Source: Bacteroidota bacterium (lineage in GTDB: Bacteria; Bacteroidota; Bacteroidia; J057; JADKCL01). From it: a DNA stretch of 64,000 nt. Every line of letters begins with the position of its first letter. Position 1 is the stretch's first letter. Under the pieces are notes generated by a model. It was not told the DNA's origin, did no database searches, and worked only from the letters and a program-made list of their open reading frames with translations. Location: the NCBI GenBank assembly GCA_031415375.1, contig JANORP010000086.1:16569-80568 (forward strand), read 5' to 3'. Below are positions 54,908 through 64,000 of this stretch, in pieces. The position numbers were made by a program, and so were the translations under genes.

Positions 54908-56404
54908 TCATTCCTCATATTTTGCCCATTCGGCCTCAAAGTATTGCACGAGCGCTTGATTGTTCAAGCGATTCACTTCTACATCTGTGCGCACCATGTC
55001 GGTCGGGAAATGCAGCATCTGTGCCACCGTCTCAGGATCGACAAAACGCAGGCCCTTGGGGTAGATTTCAGGAATGGCCCAGGGGCGATGCATGGCCAAT
55101 ATATAGCCCCATTCCCCAAATGAAGGCACGTAGGCATGGTAAGGCACGGTGTAAAATCCTGCCTCGCGGATGGTGCGATCGACGCACCAAAACGATCGCG
55201 GCGCGACATAAGGCGAGGTGCTCTGCACAGCTGCAATCGCCCCATCGGCCATCACGCGGTCCAATTCTTCATACAGGTTCAGGGAATACAATTTCCCGAC
55301 CGAGTAATTGACTGGGTCGGGGAAATCGACGGTCACAAAGTCAAACTTTTGCTGGCAGGCGCGCAGCCATGTGAAGGCGTCGGCGTGGATGACGGTGACT
55401 TTGGGGTGGGTGAATGCGTGGCCATTCATCTCGGCAAGCTCGGGACGATCGGTGAAGAGCTGGGTGACCTCGGCATCGAGGTCCACAAGCGTGATATGCT
55501 CCACGCTCGGGTATTTCAGGATTTCACGCACGGCGAGACCGTCGCCGCCACCCAGCACCAAGACGTCTTTGGGGGACTTCACGGCCGAGAGTCCAGGATG
55601 CACGAGTGCTTCATGGTAGCGGTATTCGTCGCGGCTGTCAAATTGCAGGTTGCCGTTGAGGTAGAGCCTGAAGTGGTCACGCCCACGGCTGAGCACAATG
55701 CGTTGGTAGGGCGAGGAGGCCGCATAGACGACCTTGCCGGGATAGGTTTGGTTTTCTGCGAAGGAGAGGATTTTTTCGCCGTAGGCAAATCCCAAGCCCA
55801 AGGCAATCAATGAAATGATGCCCGCCAAGCGCAGGCTGGCAACCGATCTGATTTTGTCTTTGAAGGCTTGCACCGCCCACAATGCCACCGCGACATTCAA
55901 GATGCCAAAAAGCAAAGCCGTGCGGATGAGCCCGAGGTAGGGCACCAACACGAGCGGGAAGAGCAGCGACGCCAAGAGCGCGCCGATGTAGTCAAACGTG
56001 AAAATATTGCTCACCAAGTCTTTGAAGTCAAACTCATCCTCCAAGATGCGCATGAGCAGGGGAATCTCCAGCCCTACAAGAATGCCTGTGAGCGCGACCT
56101 GACCATACAACAGCACTTTGAAAGCGGTCACCATCTCAAACAAGACAAACAAAAAGGCCGCACTGAATCCGCCGACCAAGCCGATCAAAATCTCGACGCG
56201 GATAAATGTGGGAATGAGGTTTTTTTGAATGTACTTGGAGAGGAAGGAGCCGATGCCCATCGAAAACAGATAGGCTCCGATGACCGTGGAAAACTGCGTG
56301 ACGCTATCGCCGAGCAGGTAGCTCGCGAGCGCACCCGCAACGAGCTCATAGATGAGCCCGCAGGTCGCGATCACAAACACAGAAAGCAACAACAATCTCG
56401 TCAT
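54908..56404 (-). CDS. membrane-anchored spermidine-synthase-like polyamine aminopropyltransferase
   Basis: N-terminal ~7 TM helices followed by a SpeE-like domain: YHEALVHPGL, VLVLGGGDGLAVREILKY, ITLVDLD, DFVTVDFPDP. Confidence 0.8.
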   Translation of the reverse strand: MTRLLLLSVFVIATCGLIYELVAGALASYLLGDSVTQFSTVIGAYLFSMGIGSFLSKYIQKNLIPTFIRVEILIGLVGGFSAAFLFVLFEMVTAFKVLLYGQVALTGILVGLEIPLLMRILEDEFDFKDLVSNIFTFDYIGALLASLLFPLVLVPYLGLIRTALLFGILNVAVALWAVQAFKDKIRSVASLRLAGIISLIALGLGFAYGEKILSFAENQTYPGKVVYAASSPYQRIVLSRGRDHFRLYLNGNLQFDSRDEYRYHEALVHPGLSAVKSPKDVLVLGGGDGLAVREILKYPSVEHITLVDLDAEVTQLFTDRPELAEMNGHAFTHPKVTVIHADAFTWLRACQQKFDFVTVDFPDPVNYSVGKLYSLNLYEELDRVMADGAIAAVQSTSPYVAPRSFWCVDRTIREAGFYTVPYHAYVPSFGEWGYILAMHRPWAIPEIYPKGLRFVDPETVAQMLHFPTDMVRTDVEVNRLNNQALVQYFEAEWAKYEE

Positions 56405-56477
56405 GCAGATCGGCGATCAATCAACAATGAATACGCGCCACTTGCAAGCGGCGCAGGGGAGCATGCAGGTAGCCTGC

Positions 56478-56693
56478 TCAACCATGAATGGCTGCTGCGA
56501 CGATGATCGCGATGCCCAAAAAGGCAGCGCCGACAGTGATGGCCACGGCGACATTCTTATTGTCCACGATCTCCTTCCACATCTTGAACGGCGTGATCCA
56601 TTCAAAGACAAAGGCAGCGACGACGAAAATAATGATGCCAGAAAGCGCGAAAGCGGCTACGTTGACAAGGATTTTCCAGTTGATGACGTCCAT
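56478..56693 (-). CDS. DUF350 small membrane protein
   Basis: 71 aa with two TM helices and the NKNVAVAITVGAAFLGIAIIVAAAI pattern characteristic of DUF350. Confidence 0.7.
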   Translation of the reverse strand: MDVINWKILVNVAAFALSGIIIFVVAAFVFEWITPFKMWKEIVDNKNVAVAITVGAAFLGIAIIVAAAIHG

Positions 56694-56708
56694 ATTCTTG
56701 CGATGCGA

Positions 56709-56870
56709 TTATTTATGATCGGGGCCATCGTGGCCGCTATGGGAATACAATGAACCTGAGAAGATATTGAGCAGGCGAATGCCGCGCGCTTGTGTATAGC
56801 CTAGGCCCACGAGCAAGCTCAGGGCAAATGCGATGTAGAAGAGTGGCAATATGGGGATGCGATTTTTCAT
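56709..56870 (-). CDS. possible 53-aa small membrane protein (not in the ORF track)
   Basis: Hand-translated: ATG at 56870, MKNRIPILPLFYIAFALSLLVGLGYTQARGIRLLNIFSGSLYSHSGHDGPDHK, stop at 56709-56711. It fills the gap between the DUF4178 and DUF350 genes on the same strand. One TM segment. Confidence 0.3.
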   Translation of the reverse strand: MKNRIPILPLFYIAFALSLLVGLGYTQARGIRLLNIFSGSLYSHSGHDGPDHK

Positions 56871-56884
56871 ATCGATAAGACGAT

Positions 56885-58135
56885 CTAGGCGTTGCGCTGC
56901 TTTTCAAAGCCTGCACTGCGGATGATCACAAACATCGGGGCTAGCGAGAGCAACAACAATACCCCGAACACGTTGGTATAAATAGGTGCACCGCGCACGA
57001 CGGTGATCGTCGCTGTGCCCACGGAATCTGACAACGATGACGTGACCATCTCATAATTTCCGGCAGGGACTTCATTGAGGATCACATCGACCGATTTGCT
57101 CCCTTCGGTCCAGTTCTCACCGTCTGTATAGCCGAAATAGTATTCGGCACCGGCCACAAATTCATAATTCTCATTGGTCTCCAAGTTGTGCAAGACGCCT
57201 TGGTACTCGACCCAATGGTTGTCGAGGCCCGAGTCGGCCCTGAGCTGGATTTCGACGTTGCTGATCCCATTCCCGATTTCAAAGGGGCCGGAAACGTGGT
57301 CGGTGGTATCGGGAAATGCGCGTTTTTCTTGCAAGACCGACTGATTGGGTAAGGAGGCGTCTGTTGCAAAAAACAGTACAATTGTGAGCAGCATGCTCAC
57401 GATATAGGTCGGCAAGACCCAGCGCAGATCGACCTTGTGGGGGTTGGGCTGATTGGCGCCGACACCTATCCTGCGCACTTTGTTTTTGGGTGGCGTCCCA
57501 AATGCTTTTTCCACCACTTGGGGATCCAAGTATTCGCCCAGTGACCAGATGAGGCCACCTTCCTCGAGTTCCACCGACAACATGCGTGGTGCAGCGACGA
57601 GGTCGCGGGTCTGCGCCTTGTCACCGACCTTGACCTGCCAGTAAAATTCGCCCAAGACGTAAAATACCTCGGCCTCCCCTTGTGTGAGGAACTTAAAATC
57701 TTGCTTTTGATAGTGGATATTGTTGGCCCCTGCGAGCCCGAGTGGGCCATCGTGGATCATTTTGATCCAAGACCAGTGCCCATAGGCATGTGCAAGAAAG
57801 CGAAATCCGTGGTAGGGATTGAAGAGCAGGTATTCCTCCCATTCAAAGTGAAATTCGCGCACGATGCGGGCCATGAAGCCGATCACCACCCAGGTTTTAC
57901 CTTCAAATGTCGCCTTGGAGCCGATTTCAAAGCGCGGCTCGCGGGTGATCATCTCCTTTACCTTGCTCAGGATGCGGAAATTGTCGTCGGTGAGGTCGGC
58001 CACTGCGCCGCAGTGCTTGCAGGCAGCTGCTATGGTCTGCCCAGGCGCGAGCAAAGTGACTTGCCCACCGCAGTTGCGACAGTTGAAGGCTTTCACGCCT
58101 CCCATCGGGGTCATGCGGATCTGCTCACCAGCCAT
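56885..58135 (-). CDS. DUF4178 domain protein with N-terminal zinc ribbon and C-terminal TM/extracytoplasmic region
   Basis: CRNCGG...CKHCG ribbon. DUF4178-like FEGKTWVVIGFMARI...FHFEWEEYLLFNPYHGFRFL. Overlaps the upstream DUF4178 gene by 11 nt. Confidence 0.7.
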   Translation of the reverse strand: MAGEQIRMTPMGGVKAFNCRNCGGQVTLLAPGQTIAAACKHCGAVADLTDDNFRILSKVKEMITREPRFEIGSKATFEGKTWVVIGFMARIVREFHFEWEEYLLFNPYHGFRFLAHAYGHWSWIKMIHDGPLGLAGANNIHYQKQDFKFLTQGEAEVFYVLGEFYWQVKVGDKAQTRDLVAAPRMLSVELEEGGLIWSLGEYLDPQVVEKAFGTPPKNKVRRIGVGANQPNPHKVDLRWVLPTYIVSMLLTIVLFFATDASLPNQSVLQEKRAFPDTTDHVSGPFEIGNGISNVEIQLRADSGLDNHWVEYQGVLHNLETNENYEFVAGAEYYFGYTDGENWTEGSKSVDVILNEVPAGNYEMVTSSLSDSVGTATITVVRGAPIYTNVFGVLLLLSLAPMFVIIRSAGFEKQRNA

Positions 58136-58751
58136 CGAGGGTCCTCAGGTTTTGAAAGTTAAAGGATTCAAAAGGCATATATTCGCCCAGATAGAGCTGT
58201 CGCCCATTTTCTTTGATCGTCACAGATGCAAATGCGCCATTGGCTGCCCGGAGATCGATGCTCTTGGCTGTCTCTTTGGGGGTGAAGGAAAATGGCAGCT
58301 CGCCTTCGCTCGCTGCATAGGTCACGACTTTCACATCTTCGATGAGATATTCGTCCCCTTTGATCTTGGCTTGCTCCATTGGGGCATGCATCGCCGGCAG
58401 TTGCAGGTCGGGATCGTCGGTCGCAAAGGTCATCATATAGGCCCCTTGCGCCTCGGCGAGCCATCCTTCGGAGCCATCGTCATACAACGCATACCATTCA
58501 CTCCAGGTTCCTGCGCTATAGACGACCTTGATGCGGCCGACCAAGGTAAATTGTTTCCCCCGGTAGCCGCCTGTCGTGCCGACTTGAAAGGGCGACATGT
58601 CATCGAGCAGCTCTGCGACCTTGCCCAGCTTCTCCAAGTGCATATCATGCCGCACCACCATAGACTGGCAGTAGGTACAGGTGCTTTGCACCGACACCGA
58701 CGACCTAAAAATCAATGGCGCACCACAGTTGGGGCAGGCGTATTGTTGCAT
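58125..58751 (-). CDS. DUF4178 domain protein with N-terminal zinc ribbon
   Basis: CPNCGAPL...CTYCQS. YRGKQFTLVGRIKVVYSAGTWSEWYALYDDGSEGWLAE is typical of DUF4178. Confidence 0.75.
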   Translation of the reverse strand: MQQYACPNCGAPLIFRSSVSVQSTCTYCQSMVVRHDMHLEKLGKVAELLDDMSPFQVGTTGGYRGKQFTLVGRIKVVYSAGTWSEWYALYDDGSEGWLAEAQGAYMMTFATDDPDLQLPAMHAPMEQAKIKGDEYLIEDVKVVTYAASEGELPFSFTPKETAKSIDLRAANGAFASVTIKENGRQLYLGEYMPFESFNFQNLRTLDGW

Positions 58752-58975
58752 GGAGCCAAGTTAGTGAATCAAATTAGAAATTAGAAATCGGCGATTAGAA
58801 TTGATGAGCTGGGAATGCAGTTTGCAATATGTCTATTGGTGGTGCAAAACCTGAGGCATTGCCCGATTGGCGATTGTTGCTCCCTTCGGGGGATGAACAA
58901 TCGCTTTTACATTTGTCCGTTTGCGGTAGCCTTGTTTTGGGTTTGAACTTGGATATCGATAGGTTTGCCTGAAGT

Positions 58976-58983
58976 TACTTTTG
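58976..58983 (+). promoter_or_regulatory. candidate Bacteroidota -7 promoter box (TAnnTTTG)
   Basis: TACTTTTG lies 12 nt upstream of the ATG at 58995 and 30 nt upstream of the in-frame ATG at 59013. If real, it favours the 59013 start. Confidence 0.25.
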
Positions 58984-58994
58984 GGGGATGATAT

Positions 58995-59987
58995 ATGGAA
59001 TCTGAGATTCGTATGGTCTGCAAGGTTTGTGGGAATGCCTCCCAAAATGTGCCTTATGTAGCGCGGGAGATGATGTATGGCTTGCGGGATGAATTCGACT
59101 ACTTCGAATGCGTCGCTTGCAAGTGCTTGCAGATTGCTGCGTTTCCTGCGGATATGTCGCGCTACTATCCATCGCATTATTATAGCTTCCATGCTTACGA
59201 TGGAAAGAAATTCAAGGGCTTGCTGGGCGCGCTCAAACGCCTGCAATACACCGCCGCCATCCACCGCAAAGGCTTGTTTCAGAAGACTATATGCGCGTTG
59301 TTGGACGTACCTGACTACCGTATTTTCAAGGGTTTGGGCGTGAAGCAAACAAGCCGTATCCTGGATGTGGGTTGCGGCAATGGGCGTAGTTTTCTATATC
59401 CATTGGCAGCGGTCGGTTTCCAGCACTTGCTTGGATGCGACCCCTTTATCGATGGCGACATCGACTACGCGAATGGCTTGCAGATCCAAAAGGCACCGAT
59501 CGCGCAGATGATCGGCCAATGGGACATCATCACTTACCATCATTCCTTTGAGCATGTGGCCGATCCGCAAGACAATCTGGCATGCATAGCCCGCCTGCTT
59601 GCGTCAGACGGGGTCTGCATCATCCGCATCCCGACGGCCTCCTCCTGGGCATGGGAACATTACCGCACCAATTGGGCGCAGCTCGATGCGCCCCGGCACT
59701 TCTTCCTTCATTCCCGTGCAAGCATGGCCCTGATGGGTGAGCGCGCAGGCTTGGAACTGTACAACGTCGTCTATGACAGCCGCCACTTCCAATTCAGTGG
59801 CAGTGAGAAATATGTTGCCAATACCGCCCTGGCAGAGCCGCGCAAGAAAGGACTGTTCAGATTCATCACCCGCAAATGGAAGAAATGGAGCTACATCCGC
59901 CAAGCCAATACCTTGAACCGCGAGGGCCGTGGAGATCAGGCGGGATTCTATTTTCGAAAAAAAGCAGGGGGAGAGACTGGCAATTAG
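58995..59987 (+). CDS. class I SAM-dependent methyltransferase with N-terminal zinc ribbon
   Basis: CKVCGN...CVACKC. SAM motif I RILDVGCGNGRS. Start may be the ATG at 59013. Confidence 0.75.
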   Translation: MESEIRMVCKVCGNASQNVPYVAREMMYGLRDEFDYFECVACKCLQIAAFPADMSRYYPSHYYSFHAYDGKKFKGLLGALKRLQYTAAIHRKGLFQKTICALLDVPDYRIFKGLGVKQTSRILDVGCGNGRSFLYPLAAVGFQHLLGCDPFIDGDIDYANGLQIQKAPIAQMIGQWDIITYHHSFEHVADPQDNLACIARLLASDGVCIIRIPTASSWAWEHYRTNWAQLDAPRHFFLHSRASMALMGERAGLELYNVVYDSRHFQFSGSEKYVANTALAEPRKKGLFRFITRKWKKWSYIRQANTLNREGRGDQAGFYFRKKAGGETGN

Positions 59988-60111
59988 AGATTGTAGATTT
60001 TGTGCTTCAAGCATACTTAGGAATATGTTATTGAAAACGCATTCCTAAGCCCATTTCTAATCTCTCATTTCTATTCTACCCGCTTTCCAGACACCAATTG
60101 CCAAAACGAGC

Positions 60112-60150
60112 AATGGGCGGTTGCATGCCTCAAGCACCCAACCGCCCATT
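60112..60150 (-). terminator. candidate intrinsic terminator of rny
   Basis: 11-bp perfect stem AATGGGCGGTT (60112-60122) / AACCGCCCATT (60140-60150) with a 17-nt loop, 20 nt downstream of the rny stop. On the minus strand it is followed by GCTCGTTTTGG. Confidence 0.5.
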
Positions 60151-60169
60151 CCTAATTCCTAATTCCCAA

Positions 60170-61765
60170 TTACTTCGCGTAAGCAATCGCGCGCTTCTCG
60201 CGAATCACAGCCACTTTGATTTGGCCGGGGTATTGCATTTCCTTCATGATCTTCTCGGAGATGTCGAATGCGAGCAAGTCGGCTTGCTCGTCGGTGACTT
60301 TCTCTGACTCCACGATCACGCGCAGCTCGCGGCCCGCTTGGATCGCGTAGCTCTTGCTCACGCCTGGATAGGCAAGGGCGAGGTTTTCGAGATCCTTGAG
60401 GCGTTGGATATAGCCCTCGACGATCTCGCGGCGCGCACCTGGGCGTGCACCGCTGATGGCGTCGCAGGCTTGGATGATCGGTGCAATGTTGCAGGTCATC
60501 TCGATCTCGTCGTGGTGGGCACCGATGGCGTTGAGGATATCGTCTTTTTCGCCATATTTTTTGGCGAGTTCCATGCCGAGAATGGCGTGAGGCAGCTCTG
60601 GGGCATCCTCAGGCACCTTGCCGATGTCGTGCAACAGGCCAGCGCGTTTGGCTGCCTTGGCATTCAAGCCCAGTTCTGCAGCCATCGTGGCGCAGAGATT
60701 GGCGACTTCGCGGCTGTGTTGCAGCAGGTTTTGGCCATAGGAAGAGCGGTATTTCATGCGACCGATGAGGCGCACGAGTTCGGGGTGCAGACCATGTACA
60801 CCGAGGTCGATCACAGTGCGTTCGCCTGTCTCGACAATCTCGTCGTTGATCTGCTTGGTGACCTTTTTCACGACCTCCTCGATGCGGGCAGGGTGAATGC
60901 GGCCGTCTTGTACAAGCTTGTGCAAGGATAGGCGTGCGATCTCGCGACGCACAGGGTCGAAACCGGAGAGGATGATGGCCTCGGGCGTATCATCCACAAT
61001 GACTTCGATGCCCGTTGCGGCTTCGAGTGCGCGAATGTTGCGTCCTTCGCGACCGATGATGCGTCCTTTGATGTCGTCGTTTTCCAATTGGAAGACAGAG
61101 ACGGTGTTTTCAATGGCGTGTTCAGCGGCGGTGCGTTGGATCGTCTGGATGACGATCTTTTTGGCTTCCTTGTTGGCGGTAAGCTTGGCTTCCTCCATGA
61201 TTTCCTTCATCTGGGCCGAGGCGCGAGTGCGGGCCTCGTCGCGCACAGCTTCCATCAATTTCTCGCGTGCAGCATCGGCGCTCAGGTTGGCGACTTTCTC
61301 CAATTGGCTCACTTGGCTCTGGATCAGCTTTTCCAATTCTTCCTGGCGGCTGCCGAGCACCTCACGTTGGCGGCTCACTTCGGTGTTGAGGGTATCCAAT
61401 CGGGTTTGATCCTTCTTGACTTGCTCATACTTTTGGTTGAGTTGCGCCTCTTTTTGCTTGACACGCACCTCAGATTGCACAAGACCTTCGGTTTTCTTCT
61501 TCTGTTCGGCCTCAGCGGCGTTTGTCATCTGATTCATTTTCTCGCGGGCCTGCATCATGCGGTCCTTGGCGAGGTTGTCGGCTTTGAGATCGGCTTCCTT
61601 GAGGATGCCCTCGGCTTTGAGTTTCGCTTGATTCAGCGTTGACTCAGCCATGGCATTGGCAGACTCTATCTCCTTTGCGGTGTTCGCTTTTTTGATCATG
61701 TAACCGATGCCAAACCCTGCTGCGAGGGCTACGACCGCGATTACGGCTAAAATAACTGGATCCAT
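60170..61765 (-). CDS. rny: ribonuclease Y
   Basis: N-terminal TM helix, long coiled coil, KH domain ([24 protein letters not shown]), HD domain ([12 protein letters not shown]...GLLHDIGK) and conserved C-terminus ...[12 protein letters not shown]. Confidence 0.95.
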   Translation of the reverse strand: MDPVILAVIAVVALAAGFGIGYMIKKANTAKEIESANAMAESTLNQAKLKAEGILKEADLKADNLAKDRMMQAREKMNQMTNAAEAEQKKKTEGLVQSEVRVKQKEAQLNQKYEQVKKDQTRLDTLNTEVSRQREVLGSRQEELEKLIQSQVSQLEKVANLSADAAREKLMEAVRDEARTRASAQMKEIMEEAKLTANKEAKKIVIQTIQRTAAEHAIENTVSVFQLENDDIKGRIIGREGRNIRALEAATGIEVIVDDTPEAIILSGFDPVRREIARLSLHKLVQDGRIHPARIEEVVKKVTKQINDEIVETGERTVIDLGVHGLHPELVRLIGRMKYRSSYGQNLLQHSREVANLCATMAAELGLNAKAAKRAGLLHDIGKVPEDAPELPHAILGMELAKKYGEKDDILNAIGAHHDEIEMTCNIAPIIQACDAISGARPGARREIVEGYIQRLKDLENLALAYPGVSKSYAIQAGRELRVIVESEKVTDEQADLLAFDISEKIMKEMQYPGQIKVAVIREKRAIAYAK

Positions 61766-61849
61766 GTGTTCATCTTCCTTTTAAATGTATAAAAAAATAG
61801 GAAGAGACAGACCTCATAGGGCCGATGCTCAGGGATGCGTCGCTAGAAA

Positions 61850-62203
61850 TCAGGAGGGCATCAAGGGTATGCTCGCCTCCTCAGTATTCAAAATGGCCTC
61901 GTTGAGCACCTCGTCGATCCGATCGAGGCTTTCATTGGCCGAGCGCACATTGGCCCGCAACCTGCCTGCTTGATTCAGGTTGTCGGTAGCCAATTCCAGA
62001 CAGCACATGATGACCAAATCGAGGTCGTCTTGCACGCTGAAGCGGTCTTTGTAGGCCTTGATCCTATCACTGATCAGTTTGGCCGCGTTGCGAACAGCCT
62101 CTTCCTCTTCTGCTTTTACCAGAAGTGGATAGGGACGATTCATTATATTGACTTTGATCGAATACTTTTCCAAAACGTTTTTCCTTTCACACCAGTCCTT
62201 CAA
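61850..62203 (-). CDS. zapA: cell division protein ZapA
   Basis: SIKVNIMNRPYPLLVKAEEEEAVRNAAKLISDRIKAYK matches the ZapA N-terminal pattern. Conserved position directly upstream of rny in Bacteroidota. Exact start uncertain. Confidence 0.7.
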   Translation of the reverse strand: MKDWCERKNVLEKYSIKVNIMNRPYPLLVKAEEEEAVRNAAKLISDRIKAYKDRFSVQDDLDLVIMCCLELATDNLNQAGRLRANVRSANESLDRIDEVLNEAILNTEEASIPLMPS

Positions 62204-62204
62204 C

Positions 62205-62597
62205 TCAATCGCCGATCAGTTTCAGGCATTGGTCTATCTCTCGTATATACTCATTCACTTTTTTCTTTAGTTCTTCTGTAGCGGCATCGTCTCTGTGCTC
62301 CACCAGTCGGGCCAATTTGGCAAGCTCCTGCTGCTCAGCCATGTCTTTCAACTCCTGCTGTTGCTGCTGGATCTTGCGCTCCAATTCCAAAATACGTTGA
62401 TGCAGCGATTGATTCTCAACAACCAGTCCTTGGGACTTCTGGTTCAGATAATCCGCCTTTTCTCCGATTTCGGCCAGTCTTGCCAGCAAATTCTCCACGA
62501 AGTACGCTTTTTTTAAGCCAACAGGTAAAGCTACAAATTTATCCGCGCATTCAAAACCTTTGCTGCAATCAGGATTCCTTAGCAGCTTGTAAGGCAC
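62205..62597 (-). CDS. small coiled-coil protein (start uncertain)
   Basis: Heptad-rich, Gln/Glu/Leu-rich sequence (LHQRILELERKIQQQQQELKDMAEQQELAKL). The ORF-track GTG start directly abuts the pheT stop in the same frame. A later start such as GTG 62498 is more plausible. Confidence 0.45.
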   Translation of the reverse strand: MPYKLLRNPDCSKGFECADKFVALPVGLKKAYFVENLLARLAEIGEKADYLNQKSQGLVVENQSLHQRILELERKIQQQQQELKDMAEQQELAKLARLVEHRDDAATEELKKKVNEYIREIDQCLKLIGD

Positions 62598-64000
62598 TCA
62601 TTTACGAATTTCCAAGCCGAGATCTTTTTCCAGCTTCTCAAAGACCTTGCCCATGAGCTTGTCCACCACCTGATCTTGAAGCGTCTGGGTGTCGTCGAGG
62701 ATGGCGAGATTGAGCAAATAGCTTTTCTTGCCCGCGCCAATGCTGTCGCCCTTATAGACGTCGGTGATGCTCACGCTCCTGATGAGCTTGGGGTTGGTGC
62801 CCTTGATCGCTGCCGATACGGTTGCAAATCGCACGTTTTCAGGCACGATCGCGCTGATGTCGCGGTTCACCGTCGGGAACTTGGACATGGGCTGGTAGGC
62901 TACTTTGGCCTTTTTGTATTGGCGGATGACTTGCTCCCAGAGGACCTCGGCATAGAAGACATCGCTTTTGATGTCGCGGCCCTTGAGCAGGTCGGCATGC
63001 ACCGCGCCATAGCGGGCATAGACCTTCTCGCCCTTGAAAAGTTCGACGCCGTAGGCAAATGAGGGATGGCCTTCGATTTCGCGTGACTCCACATTCAAGC
63101 CAAAATAGGCGACGAGACGCTCCATCTCGCGGGCGATCGTGAAAAAGCCAGCCTTGGCCGTCTTGGCCGACCAATTGGCAGGGGCGACATTGCCGGTGAG
63201 GAAAAAGGCGATCCACTCCTGCTCGCTGTAACCTGTGCCAGCCTTGTAGGAATATGTCTTGCCAAATTCAAAGAGCCGCAAGTCGGTCTGCTTGCGGTTG
63301 TGGTTGTGCTCGATCACGTCGATGCCGGTATAGACCATCGCATCGCGCATGAGCGCAAGCTCATCGCTCAGATTGTTCACCAAGTTGGCGGTCGTGTCCT
63401 TGCGAAACTTGTTGGAGACCAGTGGATTGGTCACCATCTCATTCCAGCCGCTGCCAGCGAGGTAGTCAAAGTATTTCTGGCGAATGGCATTGAGGTCGAG
63501 GTCCATTTTCAGGTTCAAGGCCATGCGGCTTTGAGCTGGAAAAGGTACGTTGTTGTAGCCATAGAGCCGCAAAATCTCTTCCATCACGTCTTGTGGACGC
63601 GTCACATCGACGCGGTACAGGGGCACGGCGAGTTGCAAGAGGTTGTCGTCGCCAGCCTTGGCGACGAGGATGTCGAGCGTGCTCAGGATCTCCACGACCG
63701 TATCGGCGCTGAATGTCGTACCCATGAGCTTGTTGGCACGGGCGAGGTCAAATGTGATCTCGCGTGGCAAAAACTCCTGCATGCCCACGTCATGCAGGCG
63801 CGAAAGCTTACCTCCTGCCAATTCCACAATCAGGTAGGCGGCCCGCAGGGCAGCCAACTGCGTGGTGTTGGGATCGATGCCGCGCTCGAAACGGTAGCTC
63901 GCGTCGGTCTTCATGCCGAGGCGGGCACCACTGCGACGTATCGCAGAAGGCTCAAAGTAAGCGGATTCCAAAAAGATGTTTTGTGTCGTGGCACTCACTT
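62598..64000 (-). CDS. pheT: phenylalanine--tRNA ligase beta subunit, C-terminal part (5' end beyond window)
   Basis: B3/B4, B5 and FDX-ACB-type C-terminal regions are recognisable (e.g. ESAYFEPSAIRRSGARLGMKTDASYRFERGIDPN, C-terminal ...SYLLNLAILDDTQTLQDQVVDKLM). The frame is open to the window end. Confidence 0.9.
   Translation of the reverse strand, partial: VSATTQNIFLESAYFEPSAIRRSGARLGMKTDASYRFERGIDPNTTQLAALRAAYLIVELAGGKLSRLHDVGMQEFLPREITFDLARANKLMGTTFSADTVVEILSTLDILVAKAGDDNLLQLAVPLYRVDVTRPQDVMEEILRLYGYNNVPFPAQSRMALNLKMDLDLNAIRQKYFDYLAGSGWNEMVTNPLVSNKFRKDTTANLVNNLSDELALMRDAMVYTGIDVIEHNHNRKQTDLRLFEFGKTYSYKAGTGYSEQEWIAFFLTGNVAPANWSAKTAKAGFFTIAREMERLVAYFGLNVESREIEGHPSFAYGVELFKGEKVYARYGAVHADLLKGRDIKSDVFYAEVLWEQVIRQYKKAKVAYQPMSKFPTVNRDISAIVPENVRFATVSAAIKGTNPKLIRSVSITDVYKGDSIGAGKKSYLLNLAILDDTQTLQDQVVDKLMGKVFEKLEKDLGLEIRK

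Noticed and set aside
60016-60049. 9-bp stem hairpin CTTAGGAAT...ATTCCTAAG after the methyltransferase gene
   Set aside because: The 16-nt loop and AT-rich stem make it a weak terminator candidate, and the stronger 11-bp hairpin at 60112-60150 sits in the same convergent gap. I noted it but did not list it as a feature.
1-64000. Scan for rRNA, tRNA, CRISPR arrays, integrases and intact transposases
   Set aside because: I found no cloverleaf-like GTTCGAATC-type T-arm contexts, no rRNA-like conserved blocks, no spaced direct repeats, and no recombinase or DDE motifs by eye. A tRNAscan/Infernal/ISfinder run would be the decisive check.

Overview
Bacteroidota-like chromosomal window, judged from T9SS C-terminal sorting domains, rny-zapA-pheT synteny and TAnnTTTG-type -7 boxes. 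Finer taxonomy cannot be settled from the sequence alone. Content from left to right: (1) 0.1-6.7 kb holds three PhyH-type Fe(II)/2OG dioxygenase genes with four catalytic domains (one gene is a tandem fusion). At least two of them end in MinD-like amphipathic tails. They are interleaved with two paralogous T9SS-sorted secreted proteins and a Panacea (DUF4065)-type toxin-antitoxin pair. (2) 7-10 kb holds a secreted/outer-membrane protein, a polytopic membrane protein and a Crp/Fnr regulator. (3) 10.5-17.8 kb holds two secreted caspase-fold (C14) proteins, one with the catalytic Cys replaced by Ser. They are followed by a zinc-ribbon small GTPase and a 607-aa partner, a candidate GTPase-centred conflict module. 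(4) 18-37.4 kb holds two polymorphic-toxin loci that share a DUF4157 zincin-like N-terminal module. The first toxin (2285 aa) carries both an internal TNT NAD+ glycohydrolase domain and a C-terminal YwqJ-like deaminase. It is followed by a YwqK-like immunity gene, a decayed orphan copy of the pre-TNT/TNT segment and several small immunity-like genes that look low in GC. The second toxin (943 aa) has a PT-TG domain and a PD-(D/E)xK (PoNe-like) C-terminus, and is flanked by two PoNi-like immunity genes plus SUKH-like and DUF4279-like genes. (5) 37.4-45.3 kb holds six tandem, co-oriented, anciently diverged paralogs of a membrane protein I do not recognise (N-terminal TM helices, HEAT repeats, CxxC...CxxC zinc ribbon, conserved ~110-aa C-terminal domain). 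This is my top candidate for an undescribed system. (6) 45.3-64 kb holds a PhoD phosphatase with T9SS tail, a 2H phosphoesterase, an alpha/beta hydrolase, an MBOAT plus AlgX/AlgJ-like acyltransferase pair, a DUF4178-DUF4178-DUF350-SpeE-like-FAD oxidoreductase-membrane protein operon, a SAM methyltransferase, rny, zapA and the 3' part of pheT. A ~105-nt palindromic three-stem element occurs three times in the toxin/paralog region, and one copy carries an 8 x 9-bp tandem expansion. I recognised no rRNA, tRNA, CRISPR array or intact transposase. All domain calls come from motif recognition by eye and need HMM confirmation.
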